Assembly: GCA_035221665.1 (NCBI GenBank) | Contig: CM069131.1 | Coordinates: 172,174,001-172,238,000 of the forward strand | DNA from: Okamejei kenojei | Lineage: Eukaryota | Length of the DNA: 64,000 nucleotides | Direction of reading: 5' to 3' | Shown here: positions 12,208 to 24,593 of the stretch, in pieces | Numbering within the stretch: position 1 is the stretch's first letter | How the letters are laid out: each line of letters starts with the position of its first letter | The notes under the pieces: model-generated | What the model was told of the DNA's origin: nothing | Databases searched by the model: none | The model's input: the letters and a program-made list of their open reading frames with translations, nothing else | Position numbers and translations under genes: made by a program

Positions 12208-13524
12208 GTTTTAAATTGGAATGAGAAAGGACAAGGCAAATGAGTGGATATTCTTGCAGTCATGATGAGGGAACACTGGCAATATATTGGCATCTGTGGA
12301 TTACATCTTTTATGAAGCAAGAAGCTGAATTTAAGACATTTAGAGTACTTTTCAGATGGTGCTGAGCACTTTCTGAAGTGTTAATTCAGTTGACTGCATC
12401 ATTTCTATGTGGTCAATTACTGCAAATGCAGACTGAAATGCAGTGCATGTGAACAGGGTGGAAATCAGAAGCTTGACTTTTAGGGTTTTGACACTTTGAG
12501 GTTACCACACAACCATTGCCTTGACTGAAGTAGACAGATAATGTGTTGTTGGGTTGTGGAAATTGAGGGTGTTCAGAAGATTGCGCACTTGTGAAAAGTT
12601 TGCTTGCTTTTCTTTAAAAGCAGATAGCGATATTAATGCGACCATAGAGATTCAGTTGACCTTTTCAAAATATTTTCTTCCTCAATATTGGAATTTTCCC
12701 AAAGCATTTTTGACAGTGGTCCATTGATTTGTTGATGTGAAAGCCATCTTGGCTGGTGTCGTTAAATTTCTAAGATGTTGAATTTGGCCAAAGGGAGCGT
12801 TCATTTGCTTGCTCAGTTTTTATTTAATGGTGAGTTTGAGGAGCTGAATCTATTGAATCACCTTTCACCCTTTTTGATTAAAGAGGAAAACTATTCCACG
12901 AACAAGGAGACAACTTCCAAATATTGCTGTATAAACCAGGTTTCCTTGTCTACCCATGTCTCCAGCTTGCTTTTCAAGGTTTCGGGTCTTTTTAGATTTT
13001 GTCAAATTTCTGTTCTCTATATCGATCTATTTTAATCCGTTTCCAGAAAAGTGCTCTAAAGAAGGTTGCCAATTGCTCCTTGTATAACAAATCGTTTCTC
13101 TTTTGTTTACATTGCATTATTTTTCTTTGCACATCCAGAGACAAGGTTAGAATTGCTTCCCTAAAGCTGGCAGCTAGGTTTTTGAAAGGACCATTAATTT
13201 AAAAAAAAGCTGTTTCCATTGGTTTTTGGCTCCATATGCCTAATATGCTTCAATCGCTTTACTTAAACTCATTCAATTATAAATCACACCGCAAGGACTG
13301 ATAAATAGCTGCCAGATAAAATTACGCTTTTTTGCTGGTCTACTTTCTCAAGCATATTTCAATGTTTTATTTTCCAAAAGGAAGTTGGCATTAATTTTGA
13401 TTTGGCACCCAAAATATTTAAAATCTCATAGCACATTTTTGTTTAGACTCCACCACAAATAAAATACATAATCTTCCATAACTATCTGCACCAGAGTAAA
13501 GTATACTAAACTTTTAATAAGGTA

Positions 13525-13667
13525 ATTAGTACGGTGTCGGGGTTATGGGGAAAAGGCTGGAGAATGGGGGTAGAAGGGCGAGATAGATCAGCCATGATTG
13601 AATGGTGGAGAAGACTTGATGGGCCGAATGGCCTTTCTGCTCCAATCACCGATGAACTTATGACTTA
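13525..13667 (+). mobile_element. CR1 3' tail fragment
   Basis: GGGGTTATGGGGAAAAGGC...GATCAGCCATGATTGAATGG...GGGCCGAATGGCCT. Confidence 0.75.
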
Positions 13668-14849
13668 AAATGAGACTTAATGTCCACCCTTACTTGCGTA
13701 AATTGGCTGTGACTTGTAATTAGCAAACCCATCTTTCGAGAAGAACATCCAGGTTTCATTCTGCACAAGAGGCAAATTCATCTTTAAAATTACATTCCCC
13801 AGCAACAAATGTAAAAACCTCTAAGGATTTTACTGGCACTCAGAACTTAAATATTAGTCCAAGAAATACTGGTAGTGTGATCATGGGTTTGCTGAGAATT
13901 TACAGTATGTTGTTAAATCTCTTGAAGCTTGTAAAATACTCTTGTTGGAGTTGACTGTTTTTCACTATTAAGGTTGAATTGAAGAGTTTAGCTGGACATC
14001 AATTCTACTTTTAAAGAGACTACTTTTCCCTTTTGTAATATCACTGGTTATTGATTCTCCCCCCCCCCCCCCCCCCCAAAACTATTGGACTATCTGGAGC
14101 TTAAGGCAAATCTTGAGCTTTGCAAAACTAGGTTTTTCCACCTCTTGGCAATACAATTAGCGTCTGTCATAAACAATTTTCTTTTGACACCTGCCATTCT
14201 GCTTCGGGTTGGTTTTTGACGAGTTTTAACTGTAGCTCTGTAGGGAATTGCAAGAAATCATATGTTTAATTGCATGCCATTCAATTAAGTGTTTAGGTAC
14301 GGACACTTAAATTAATTATTTAGAAGTTATTACCCGTGGCAAAGTTGGTCATTTAGAGCAGTCAGGCAAACAGATATTTCTGAGCTTCTGGATGATTTTG
14401 GTGTATTACTGCAAACATTCACCTCGTGTTATTGACAATCAGAGATTTTAAATAGTATGACTACTGTTCAGTAATTGTATCCAGAATTGTTCAGATGCCT
14501 TCTCCCACATTTGAAGACTATTAAACTTCAATTTAAGGTCTTTTAAGTTTCATTACATTTGTCTTGGGGTTCAAGTGAAGCTGTTGACCTAAAGCATTGG
14601 CTGTCACCCTCTCCGCACATGACGCGATTGCTGAATTTTTCCGTGATTTGCTGCTTTTATTTCTAATGATACAATGCCATCAGTATTTTGGTTTTGTCAT
14701 CTAGGTTTTTTCCTAACGTGGATCCAGGAACCATGAGTTAAGAATCATGTGTTTTGAATTTTGCACAAGCAAAATTTCAATTTCTTGAAAATTCAGCCTT
14801 TCCAGCCTTTGTTTTCTCTCCCACTACTTTTATTCTGTATTGAAATAAC

Positions 14850-16200
14850 CAAGTCTTTGGCCAACAGTGTAGGGGAGTGATCGGTCTGTAATCCTTGCTG
14901 TTTATTATTATAATAATACAACTTTGTAAATGTAGGAGGTATGATTATTAAGTTTGCAGATTTCACAAAATTGGTGTTATTGATCTTAGGATCTGAGGAT
15001 AGTGTTCAACTACAGAGTGATATTGATCAGCTGGTAAGTTGTTGAGCAGGTCATTATCAGATGGAATCTAATCCTGATAAGTGTGAGGTGATGATATTTG
15101 ATGAGGTCAAATATAGGTTGGGTATATATCATTAATGGTAGGACCCAAAGGCATATTGAAGTACAGAATCCATGTGAACAAGTCCAAAGATCCCTGAAGG
15201 TTGCAACATGGATATAGTGATGAGGATGGAGCATGGACTGGTTGCCTTCATTATCTAGGGCATGAGAATACAAGAGCACGGAGGCCTTGTGTAGCTTATT
15301 AAAACATTGGTAAAGGCACAAAAGGAATATTGTGTGCGGTTCTGATCACTGAGGGGTGATTGGAGAGGGTGCAGAGGAGATTCACGGGTTGCTACCAGGG
15401 ATGTGGAAGAGGCTGGATAATCTAGGTTTGGTTTAAAGGAGATCCAACCTAGACTATCCAGGTAGCATCCCGGTGAATCTCCTCTGCACCCTATCCAATG
15501 GAGTAGAGGAGGCTGAGAGGTGACCTGATGGAGCTATACAGAATTATGAGAGGTAACGTTAGTGTTGATAGTAAGGAATGCTTCATCAAGGCATAGGTGC
15601 CTTGAGACCAGACAGCATAGGCTTAATGAGTGAGCTTTGGCGGGAAACTGTGGAAGAGATGATTGATGTCTGGAGCACTGCCTGAGAAGATGGCACTCTC
15701 AAAACATAAGCATCTGGATGAGCATTTGAATTACCAAAGCATGAAGGCTATGGACCAAGAAATGGAATGATTATAGATGAACACTTTTAGGAAGGATTTG
15801 TTTCTATGCACTGTATTTGTTTCGATGCAATGCGACTGACTGGAATAAAGTGTTCTCAGGGTGTAATGTATAGTGCACTCCTACTGTCTTTCTTGCTGTT
15901 CCTCTTGGTTGATCCCAGAGACTTTTGATTCTTGATTGTCCTTGCTTTTATACCCTATGTATCTATAGAGAAACCCCAGAATTATGCTTGGCTTATTAAC
16001 CACATTTTCAACCTGCCCTGCCACTTTCAATGATTTGTGCGCACGTAATTCCAGGTCACTTTGCTCTTGCACCTCTTCGAGAATGTACCTTTAATTATAC
16101 GTTGCCTTCCATTCTTCCTATCGAGACACTAACCTTTACATTTATCTACGTTAAACCATCTACCATGAACCAGCCCATTCCTCCAGCTTGACAATATCCT
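14850..16200. mobile_element. Old CR1 fragments (+ ~14850-15815, - ~15845-16200)
   Basis: Degenerate KFAD and EYCVRF motifs. Contains a fold-back inversion at 15359-15499. Confidence 0.7.
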
Positions 16201-16716
16201 GTATGCATTCAAGGAATGTGGGCTGTGTGGGCTGAGCCATCATTTAATTGCAGATCATGGTTACCCATGAAAAGATGGTGTGAGCTGCTACCTTGAACTG
16301 CTGCAGCTCCTGGAGGTGCTGTAAGGGAAGGAGTTCCAAGATTTAGTCCCAGCAGCACCAAAGGAATATTTCCAAGTCGGGATGCTGTGTGTGATTTGGA
16401 GGGTAACTTCCAATGGTCATGTTCCTGTACTTTTGTTACCCATCCATGTCTATCTAGCTGGTAGAGGGACTTGGATTTGGAAGGTGCTGTCTGAGGAGCC
16501 TCGGTGACTGCTTGCAGTGGATCCATGTAGAAAGTATAAAACGGTAACTGTAGTGGAGTGGGAGATGGGTTGTGGATGGGGTACCTTTTGAGCGTGCTGA
16601 GTTTTGTTGAGCTACTTGAGTTCTGCTGAAGCTGTATTCATCCAGGCAACGGGAGAGTATTCAATCACCTGACTGGAGCTGTGTCGATGGTGGACAGGCT
16701 TTGCAGCTTATTGGTG

Positions 16717-17275
16717 TAGTTTAGTGACACGGCATGGAAACTGGCCCATTCACTAGTTCTATCCTACACACTAGGGGCAATTTACAGAAACCAATTGACC
16801 TGCGCACCTGCATGTCTTTGGAACATGGGAGCAAACCTGAACATCCGGAGAAAACCCTAGTGGTCACAGGGAAAGCTTGGAATCTCCATACCGATGGCAC
16901 CCGTAGTCAGGATCGAACTTGGGTATCTGACGCTGTAATAGCCCTGTTGCACAGTACGAGTTCATTCCAAGAGCTCTCCCGAGTTTAAAAAAAAAATCAA
17001 ACTCGTGGTAAGCACGGAGAATTTACATAGCGGGTATGTCGGAGCTCGGGGTCTTAGCGCTAAAGGCAGGTACTCGGGAATACTCGCTAACAGCAGGTAA
17101 GCACGGGTAGACCCCTGAAGATTTTTCAACATGATGAAAAATGTCCACGAGAGCCCCGAGTACCGACGAGTGGCCATTACCGTAAATCTCCGAGTTTGAA
17201 TCAGGGCAAACTCGGGAGAACTCTTAGAATGAACTCGTACCGTGGGACAGGGGTTTTCGGCAGTAACTATCAGTA
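16717..17275 (-). mobile_element. HE1-like SINE interrupted by a MITE
   Basis: Reverse complement of the 9202 element, split at GCTGTAA|GGCAG. Confidence 0.8.
16940..17254. mobile_element. MITE (~315 bp) with ~45-bp terminal inverted repeats, possibly PIF/Harbinger type
   Basis: CCCTGTTGCACAGTACGAGTTCATTCCAAGAGCTCTCCCGAGTTT pairs with AAACTCGGGAGAACTCTTAGAATGAACTCGTACCGTGGGACAGGG. Inserted next to TAA. Confidence 0.85.
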
Positions 17276-18195
17276 TATGTTGCACAATTTCTTGCCTCTG
17301 ATCTGCTCTTTCAGTACATAGCTTGTGCAGCTCTGTTGTTGGTCAGTGGTAACCTAGGATATTGATGTAATGCCATTGAATTTCTCTTGGTTATTGTTAT
17401 TGTCTGGCATTTATGTGGTATGACTGTTACTACCTGTCAGATTCTTGCTGCATTAAATGTGGACTGTTTCGTTACCCGAGGAGTCACAAATGATGCTGAA
17501 CATTATTCAATCATCAGTGACCATCCCCACTTCTGACTTTACAATCAAACAAGGTCATTGTTGAAGGCTGAGCCTAGGACACTACCCTGTGCAACTTCTG
17601 CAAAGTTATCTTGGTCCTGAAATGATTTGACCTCCAGCCACCACAACCAATGTCATTTACGCTAGATATGATTCCAGGAGAGTTTTCCCTCTGATTTCAA
17701 TTAACTAGAATTTTAGCCAGGGCTTCATGATGCCCTACTCAATTAAAAGCTGCCTTTATGTCAAGGTCAGTTTACTCCACCTCTGAAGTTCAGCTCTGTT
17801 GTTTGGGACAATGAGGTCAGGAGCGAAGTGTCTTTGACCCCCAAATTGAGCTTCTGTGAGCACGTTGCTAAGCAAGTGCCACTTGATAGCACTATTGATT
17901 AGCACTTCCATTACTTTGCTGCTGCAATCCATCACTATCCTTCCTGACAGTTGAGAACATTTTGAAGCCTTGTGTCATCTGCAAATGTCGACATTGTTGC
18001 TTGCACTCCCAAGTCTCAGTCATTAATAGATTTTTTTTTAATGATCCCAATACTGGTCTCCAGGAAAGGCCACCATTCACCTTTCTCCATTTTCTAAAAC
18101 AGTGCTTCACAATAACCATTGTCTTTTACTCAGCTGATTTTGTATGCTATCAATGTCCCTTTGTGTCAAATGTCTCAGCTTTGCTGATAAGCCTA

Positions 18196-18522
18196 GATAT
18201 TGAAACAAAGAAGGGTCTCAACCCAAACCATTGCCCATTCTTTCTCTCCAGAGATGATGCCTGTCCCGCTGAGTTGCGCCAGCATTTTGTGTCTATCTTC
18301 AGTGTAAACCAGCATCTGCAGTTCCTTCCTATGCAATGATCTGCAGATGCTGGTTTATGGAAATGAAAGACACAAAGTGCTGGAGTAACTCAGCGGATCG
18401 GGCAGCATCTCTCGAGAAATGGGATGGGTGACGTTTCAATTAATTACAGTTTTAGCCAGGGCCTGAAACGTCACCTATCCACGTTCTTCAGGGATGCTGT
18501 TGAGTTGCTCCAGCACTTGTTT
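18196..18522. mobile_element. Three alternating (+,-,+) Penelope-pLTR/hammerhead-type units within one TSD
   Basis: 16-bp duplication TTTGCTGATAAG(C/T)CTA at 18180-18195 and 18523-18538. Confidence 0.8.
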
Positions 18523-19074
18523 TTTGCTGATAAGTCTATTGATTGTCACCTTCTGAAAAGCTTTCTACTAGTCTATGTGCAACACGTTTTGGGCATCACT
18601 CTCATCCTTTCTATCCTTTGGCTCATCAAAAAATGTAAATCAGTTATTTTATGCAGTACTACAATAAAAACTGTTGTGTGGATACAAATTCATAGCTGAT
18701 GTACTGAAATATTGCTTTTGGCACAACTGACTGAATTAATGGTGCCCATTTTTCTTTGAACGGAGTCAAATGCTCAGTGAGTCCACTGCTCCACCTCTAT
18801 TCTTTACAGATTTTATGTACTTCATTTTGGCAGAGAAATAGGCTGGGTGATTTGCAGATTTTGTTGGGTTAGTGCTTAGCTTGTGCTTGCAGGCGGCAAT
18901 AAAAATCCTATTTATTGTGTAAATGAGCGCTATTGAGGTTTTTAAGGAAGCTGATAAATGTATGCATTTAGAACTCTAGGAACTCATGCATTTGGATGGT
19001 CTGCATTATTAGCAGTATTGCACATTGATGCTTAATGACAACACATCTGTGCAAGAGGATAATGCTTAGCAATG

Positions 19075-19346
19075 TTTTTAGTTTAGTGTAGAGATTAGGC
19101 ATAGAAACTGGCCCTTCGGCCATCGATCACTAGTTCTGTCCCACACAGTAGGGGCAATTTACAGAAAGCGATTAACCTACAAACCTGCACGTCTTTGGAA
19201 TCTCGGGGAAACCGGAGAGCCTGGAGAAAACCCACGCAATCATAGGTGTGATACACAAGTTCTTCATAGACAGCGCCCGTAGTCAGGATTGAACCCGGGT
19301 GTCTGGCACTGTGAGGGAGAAGCTCCATTGCTGTGCCACTGTCTGC
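19075..19346 (-). mobile_element. HE1-like SINE
   Basis: Reverse complement of the tRNA head and V-domain. Confidence 0.85.
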
Positions 19347-19757
19347 TTTTGTTTCTGTTTTAAAGATATGAAGAATATATTTTGATATCCACGATGGTTT
19401 GCTAGTTCATATAATTTAGGTTCCTCTTGGTTTATACTTGGGGTAAGCTTGGCATGATTATGTGAAATGGGTCAAAGGTTCATTTTGTGAGTGCAATTGT
19501 ATGTATGCATGTTTCTGATGATCCAGACTCTTTAAAAGATGGTATCAATTAATGTTTAGATATTTTTGTAATGTTCTTTAGGTATTGCTATATCTTCAAC
19601 AATGTTCTTAAATGATAATGTTACAGAATATTACAGAATTTGTTGTTAACCTTTAAGAAGTATAGATGGATTTTTCTGTATTAGTTGAACAACTGATTAT
19701 TAAATACCTGATATGCTCTTCCACCTAGGGCAGATGAATGCTTCCTCACTAAAATGA

Positions 19758-20710
19758 TTGTTTAGTTTAGAGATACAGCGCGGAAACAGGCCCTTCAGCA
19801 CACAGAGTCATTGTCGCACATTGACACTACCCTACACAAGAGACAATTTACATTTGTAACAAGCTAATTAACCTACAAACTTGTACGTCATTGGAGTGTG
19901 GGAGGAATGTGAAGATACAAACCGAAGGTATAGCAGGCAGTGAAAAAAGCTAATGGCATGTTGGCCTTCATAACAAGAGGATTTGAGTATAGGAGCAAAG
20001 ATCTCCTGCGGTTATACAGGGCCCTGGTGAGACCACACCTGGAGTATTGTATGCAGTTTTGGTCTCCTAATTTGAGGACGGACATTCTTGCTATTGTGGG
20101 AGTGCAGCGTAGGTTCACGAGGTTAATTTTGTGGGATTGTCATATGATGAAAGAATGGAACGACTGGGCTTGTATTCACTGGAATTGAGAAGGATGAGAG
20201 GGAATCTTATAGAAACATATAGAATTATTAACGGATTGGGCAAGCTTAATGCAGGAAACATGTTCCCGATGTTGGGAGAGTCCAGAACCAGGGCCACAAT
20301 TTAAGAATAAGGGGTAGGCCATTTAGAACCGAGATGAGGAAAAAGTTTTTCACCCAGAGTTGTGAATTTATGGAATTATCTGCCACCGAAGGCAATGGAG
20401 GCTGATTCACTTGATGCATTCAAAAGAGAGTTAGATAGAGCCCTTAGAGCTAGCGGAATCAAGGGATATGAGGAGAAGGCAGGAACGGAGCACTGATTGT
20501 GGATGATCAGCCATGATCACATTGAATGGCGGTGCTGGCTCGAATGGCCGAATAGCTTCTTCTGCACCTATTTTCAATGTTTCAATCTCGGCGAGAACCC
20601 ACGCAGGTCACGGGGAAAACGTGCAAACTCCGTATAGGCAAGCACCTGTAGTCATAATGGAACAGGGCTTATAAGGTAGCTACTATAACGCTGCCCAGCT
20701 TGCCGCCCTA
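19758..20710 (-). mobile_element. HE1-like SINE split by a CR1 insertion
   Basis: SINE halves join at AAACCGAAG|CTCGG around the CR1. Confidence 0.8.
19926..20586 (+). mobile_element. CR1 3' fragment
   Basis: KKANGMLAFITRGFEYRSK, LVRPHLEYCMQFWSP, plus the 3' tail. Confidence 0.9.
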
Positions 20711-20971
20711 AGTTAACAATCTTTTGCCGTAACTTTTGTGATTCAGAGTGCTGTTCAGATCGAGTTTACTGAGGATTCTTAAGTTTTGTGTAGTATACAT
20801 TTGTCCAAAAAGAGCATTTTAAAAGGCCTTTGGCCTTGTGGCAAACAAGAAAATATAAAGCTAATAATTCCTGGCCCAAATCTCCCCTTGAATGTATAAC
20901 CATGATAACTGCTGACTCCACCATCTTTATTTCTGCAGTGTTCAATTGTTTTTCTCTTTGGTTCCTTTCAG

Positions 20972-21026
20972 CACTCAACTGACAAACTGAATGAAAGTGG
21001 CAGCTTGTTTCCATTTGAAATTGAGG
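20972..21026 (+). CDS. FAM53A: FAM53A second coding exon (HSTDKLNESGSLFPFEIE + 1 nt), absent from the ORF track
   Basis: Polypyrimidine tract and ttcag acceptor, G|gtaagg donor. Phase 0 in and phase 1 out fit both neighbours. Resembles the recalled human segment YSAETLNKSGRLFPLEL. Confidence 0.9.
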
Positions 21027-21239
21027 GTAAGGTTTTCTTTCATTTTTCTCCCCAGTGTTATAGTGCTATAGTGTTAAAAAAAAAAGTATTGCAGAATTCT
21101 TACAACTTTTTAGCAACTGCTGCTTCAGTGAGAAGTACCATAATACAGTGAATTCCTAAGGAAAATGAACCCATTTCAACATTTAGTTTGATCATATGTA
21201 TGTCAAAAGTTACCCACTTTTGTCCATATCCTTTGGCAG

Positions 21240-21830
21240 GATGGCTGCTTGTAATCGATATCAACAATCTGGATGAGTGTGTAAAAGACACGATTAGTAA
21301 GTTTGCAGAAGACACCTAAATTAGGTGGAATCGTAGACACTGAAGATGGTTATCAAGAAATAGTGGGATTTTGATCAACTGGATAAGTGGGCCAGTGAAA
21401 GGTAGAAGGAATTTAATTCAGATGTGTAAGATGTTGCATTTTGGGAAGTCAAACTGTGGGCAAGAGGTTCACAGTGAACAGAAGGGCATGTGGATTATTG
21501 TAGGGCAGAAGGATCTCGGGAGTACAAATGATTCCCTGAAAGTGGTGTAACAGGTAGATGGGGTAGTGAAGATAGCTTTTGGTACGAAGATGCTGGCAGA
21601 CACTCCATACATAATGCTGAAGTAACTCAGCGGGACAGGCAGCATCTCTGCATAGAAGAATGGGTGACGTTTTGGGTTGAGACCAGTCTGAAGAAAGGTC
21701 CCACCCCAAAACGTTGCCCATTCCTTCTATCTTGAGTTACACCAGCTTTTTGTGTCTTCAGTGTAAACCAGCATCTGCAGTTCCTTCCTACAAAGCTTTT
21801 GGTGCGCTGGCTTTCATGAGCATCAGATTG
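21240..21830 (+). mobile_element. Old CR1 fragment interrupted by a head-to-head hammerhead-type insert (21587-21793)
   Basis: ISKFAEDT relic. 13-bp duplication AGCTTTTGGT(A/G)CG at 21574-21586 and 21794-21806. Confidence 0.8.
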
Positions 21831-22114
21831 TGTAGAATGGCCAGGTAAATGCAACCTTTTTGTCACCTGCCTGCACAAACGAGATTTGAGGTAATTTTCC
21901 AAATGCTGGAAGAAGTTACCAGATTGTTAATCCCGAGGCATGATATAATGGTCTATGGTTGTGACCAGAAATCTCACTGGGAAGTTTAAACTTCATTAAA
22001 TTATTTGAAATTTAACGGCAGGCATTATAAATGCTGGCCATTTAATTAATGGATTGTTTTTGTTTAGAAACAAATCTGGTTAATTATCTTTCAATGGAAC
22101 AAACCTCTTTGGTC

Positions 22115-22245
22115 TGTAGAGGAGGGAACTGCAGTTGCTGTTACACTGAAAAGATACTCAAAATACTGGAGAAATTCAGCGGTTCAGGCAGCATCTCTGG
22201 GTAGAAGGAATAGGTGATGTTTCGGGTTGAGACCCTTCAGTCTTC
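22115..22245 (-). mobile_element. Penelope-pLTR/hammerhead-type short unit
   Basis: GGAACTGCAG...CAGGCAGCATCTCTGG...GGTGATGTTTCGGGTTGAGACCCTTCAG. Confidence 0.75.
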
Positions 22246-22512
22246 TTAGGTAGTCTATTATGCAAATAAATATACTCTGCAATGTGGCTGACTTGAAAGG
22301 CCTGCAAACTACTCAAAGATAAAGTGGACAGGCAATAGTTGCCCACATACACAAAAGAAAAAAACATCTATGTTGTGTCATGGAACTTGTGTGAACCGCT
22401 GCTACTTTCTCCCGCTATTGCAATGCACAAGTCTTGGCAAGCTTTTTTACATGTCTTGAGAATAATGTTTTTAACTTTGACCTTGTTAGTTAGCGTAAGT
22501 CACAAACCACTT

Positions 22513-22618
22513 GCAAGAATAGTGACGTGCTTATTGTGAAAAGCTATTGCATGAAGGAATAGGCGACTCGGGTCGAGACCCTTCTTCAGCAAGAATAGTG
22601 ACGTGCTTATTGTGAAAA
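22513..22618 (-). repeat. 30-bp direct duplication flanking a 46-bp hammerhead-type fragment
   Basis: GCAAGAATAGTGACGTGCTTATTGTGAAAA at 22513-22542 and 22589-22618. Confidence 0.9.
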
Positions 22619-23796
22619 TAACTTGTAATTTTTTTGCAATCTGGGCTTTCAGCCTTTGAGTGTCAGCCAGTGAAAAGCCACCTTGCAGCTTTTTAATCAA
22701 CAGTGGAGGAAAGACAGATAGGCAAGATTTAAGAAAAAAGGAGGGACAAAATGAAAGAGCGAAATGAAGGCTAATCTACAAATCGGGTAAACTTAATGGT
22801 AGGCAAGTAAAAGTGAAGAATAAAACTTTTTTCAAAATAATTACTACTATCATGGTTTATATTAATGTTTCTAGTTACATTTTACTCGGTGGGGAACTTA
22901 ACGCAGTTAATTGGCTCATAATAATGGGATATTCCTTGGATCTGTAGCTAATTTAAAATTGTGGCTAGATGGTGCATTTGGCCAAATATTGCCCAGTGAC
23001 AGTAATGTACAGTAATACCATACTAAAGAAAAGTGTATTAATTATTACCACCTCTGTGAAATCCTGAGCCTAGTATTCTCTCCTTAAATTAATGTTGATG
23101 TTTCATCATAAAATGTGCTCTGCTTGAATTAACTTGCTATCCAAAATTATGTGCACATTATTTTGGTTTGAGTGGAAATGTAAACTTTTTCTTCTGTTCA
23201 AATTGGGATAATTAACACTTTGCTTGAATTTGATTGAAGGTTTACCGTAATTCTTAAAGGTAACGGATCACAGAACCAGTTTTACATAGCCCGATGTTTA
23301 CATTTATGACAATTTTTTAACGTGCACTTTATCCTTGCCTTTCTCAAAGTGGATAATAATTTAGGGAAAAGAGGAATAGGCCAGTTGCCATATTACCCGT
23401 AGAATTCTTGTAGTGCTTCAGTGCCTTTATTTTCAGTGACATTTAAATGTGACGCACTTAATCCAGAAAGAGAATGTATTTCATCTAGTATGGTTAAAAT
23501 GTGTACAATACAGTATTTGCATGTGCTGGCCAAGGATGTACAGTGTGCACGACTAATTGAAACAAGATGCTTCGTCCCCTTTTTTCCCCACATCCTAATT
23601 AAGATAGAAAATAAAGGTTGACTGATGAGATGGCCTTGTTGATTTAGTTTTATTGGTTAATGATGTTCCAGAATAAGGTGTCATTGGACCATGTGTTGTA
23701 TGTATGAATAATCATGGATGTATCCATTGTCCATTGCAAATTGTTCATGCAGAGGCTTGAGAAATTATTAACCATGTTTTCCCTTTTCTCTAACAG

Positions 23797-24593
23797 AAGG
23801 AAGTCCATGGGCAGTAGTTAATAGGACTTGTCCGATTAAAGCTGAAACAAACCGTAATGTGGCTTTTCCTTTTTCAACGTGCCTAGCTGACCACGTTGGG
23901 TTACAATGGCAGATCGGCATGAATAAAACCTCTGTCTCTGGCTGGATCAGTGAGCTGAATCTCAATGAGAACTCGAGTGTTCCCTTGGCCCCTCCCACAA
24001 AACGGCATTGTAGGTCTCTCTCGGAGCCTGATGAATTGTCCCGATGCCGCTCCCCATGGAAACCCTGTAGTTCCAGGGTCTGGACTCCTGTGTCGAAACG
24101 TCGGTGCAACAGTGGTGGCAGCGCAACTTTGCAACGCTGCAACAGCCATGGAAGTGCCACACTGGAACGAAGCACAAGCATCAATATTCTCCAGCATACC
24201 AGTAAACACACGCTTTCTCTCAACAACAGTATATTTAATATCACCAGCTTCAATACTTCACCAGTACCAAGGCCCTCCTCTGCCAGCAGCGGTTTTGTAG
24301 ACAGCAGCGAGGGAAGCACATCAAGTGTTCGTTGGAACTCTACAGGACCCTTTGATTTTAACCCAAGGCGGCGGCTGTCACTTTCGCAGGAGCACATTAC
24401 AGAGACGGCAAATCTCTTGCCTTCAGCGAGCAGCTCGCCCACCTCCACGCCAGAGTTGAGCCGCCGGCAGGGATTGCTGCGATGCCGCTCCCAGCCTTGC
24501 GTGCTGAATGAAAGGAAATGTGGGCTAAAACGCAGGCGGGAGGAAGATGTCAGGTGGACACGGCCCTCTTTAGATTTCCTAAAGATGACCAGA
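23797..24593 (+). CDS. FAM53A: FAM53A large third coding exon
   Basis: Acceptor ttttctctaacag|, donor AGA|gtaagt. FAM53 motifs APPTKRHCRSLSEP, VWTPVSKRRC, PRPSSASSGFVDSSEGS, LLRCRSQPCVL and KRRREEDVRWTRPSLDFLKMT are closest to FAM53A. Confidence 0.96.

Larger units (their letters stand above)
16205..17890 (-). mobile_element. Old CR1/L2-group LINE 3' region, interrupted by an HE1 SINE
   Basis: Same family as 32860-34900 (shared ...ATTTCCAAGTC-GG... segment and RT relics). Confidence 0.65.

Noticed and set aside
22513-22618. CRISPR-like repeat-spacer-repeat
   Set aside because: Vertebrate DNA with only two repeats and no cas genes. The spacer is a retroelement fragment.
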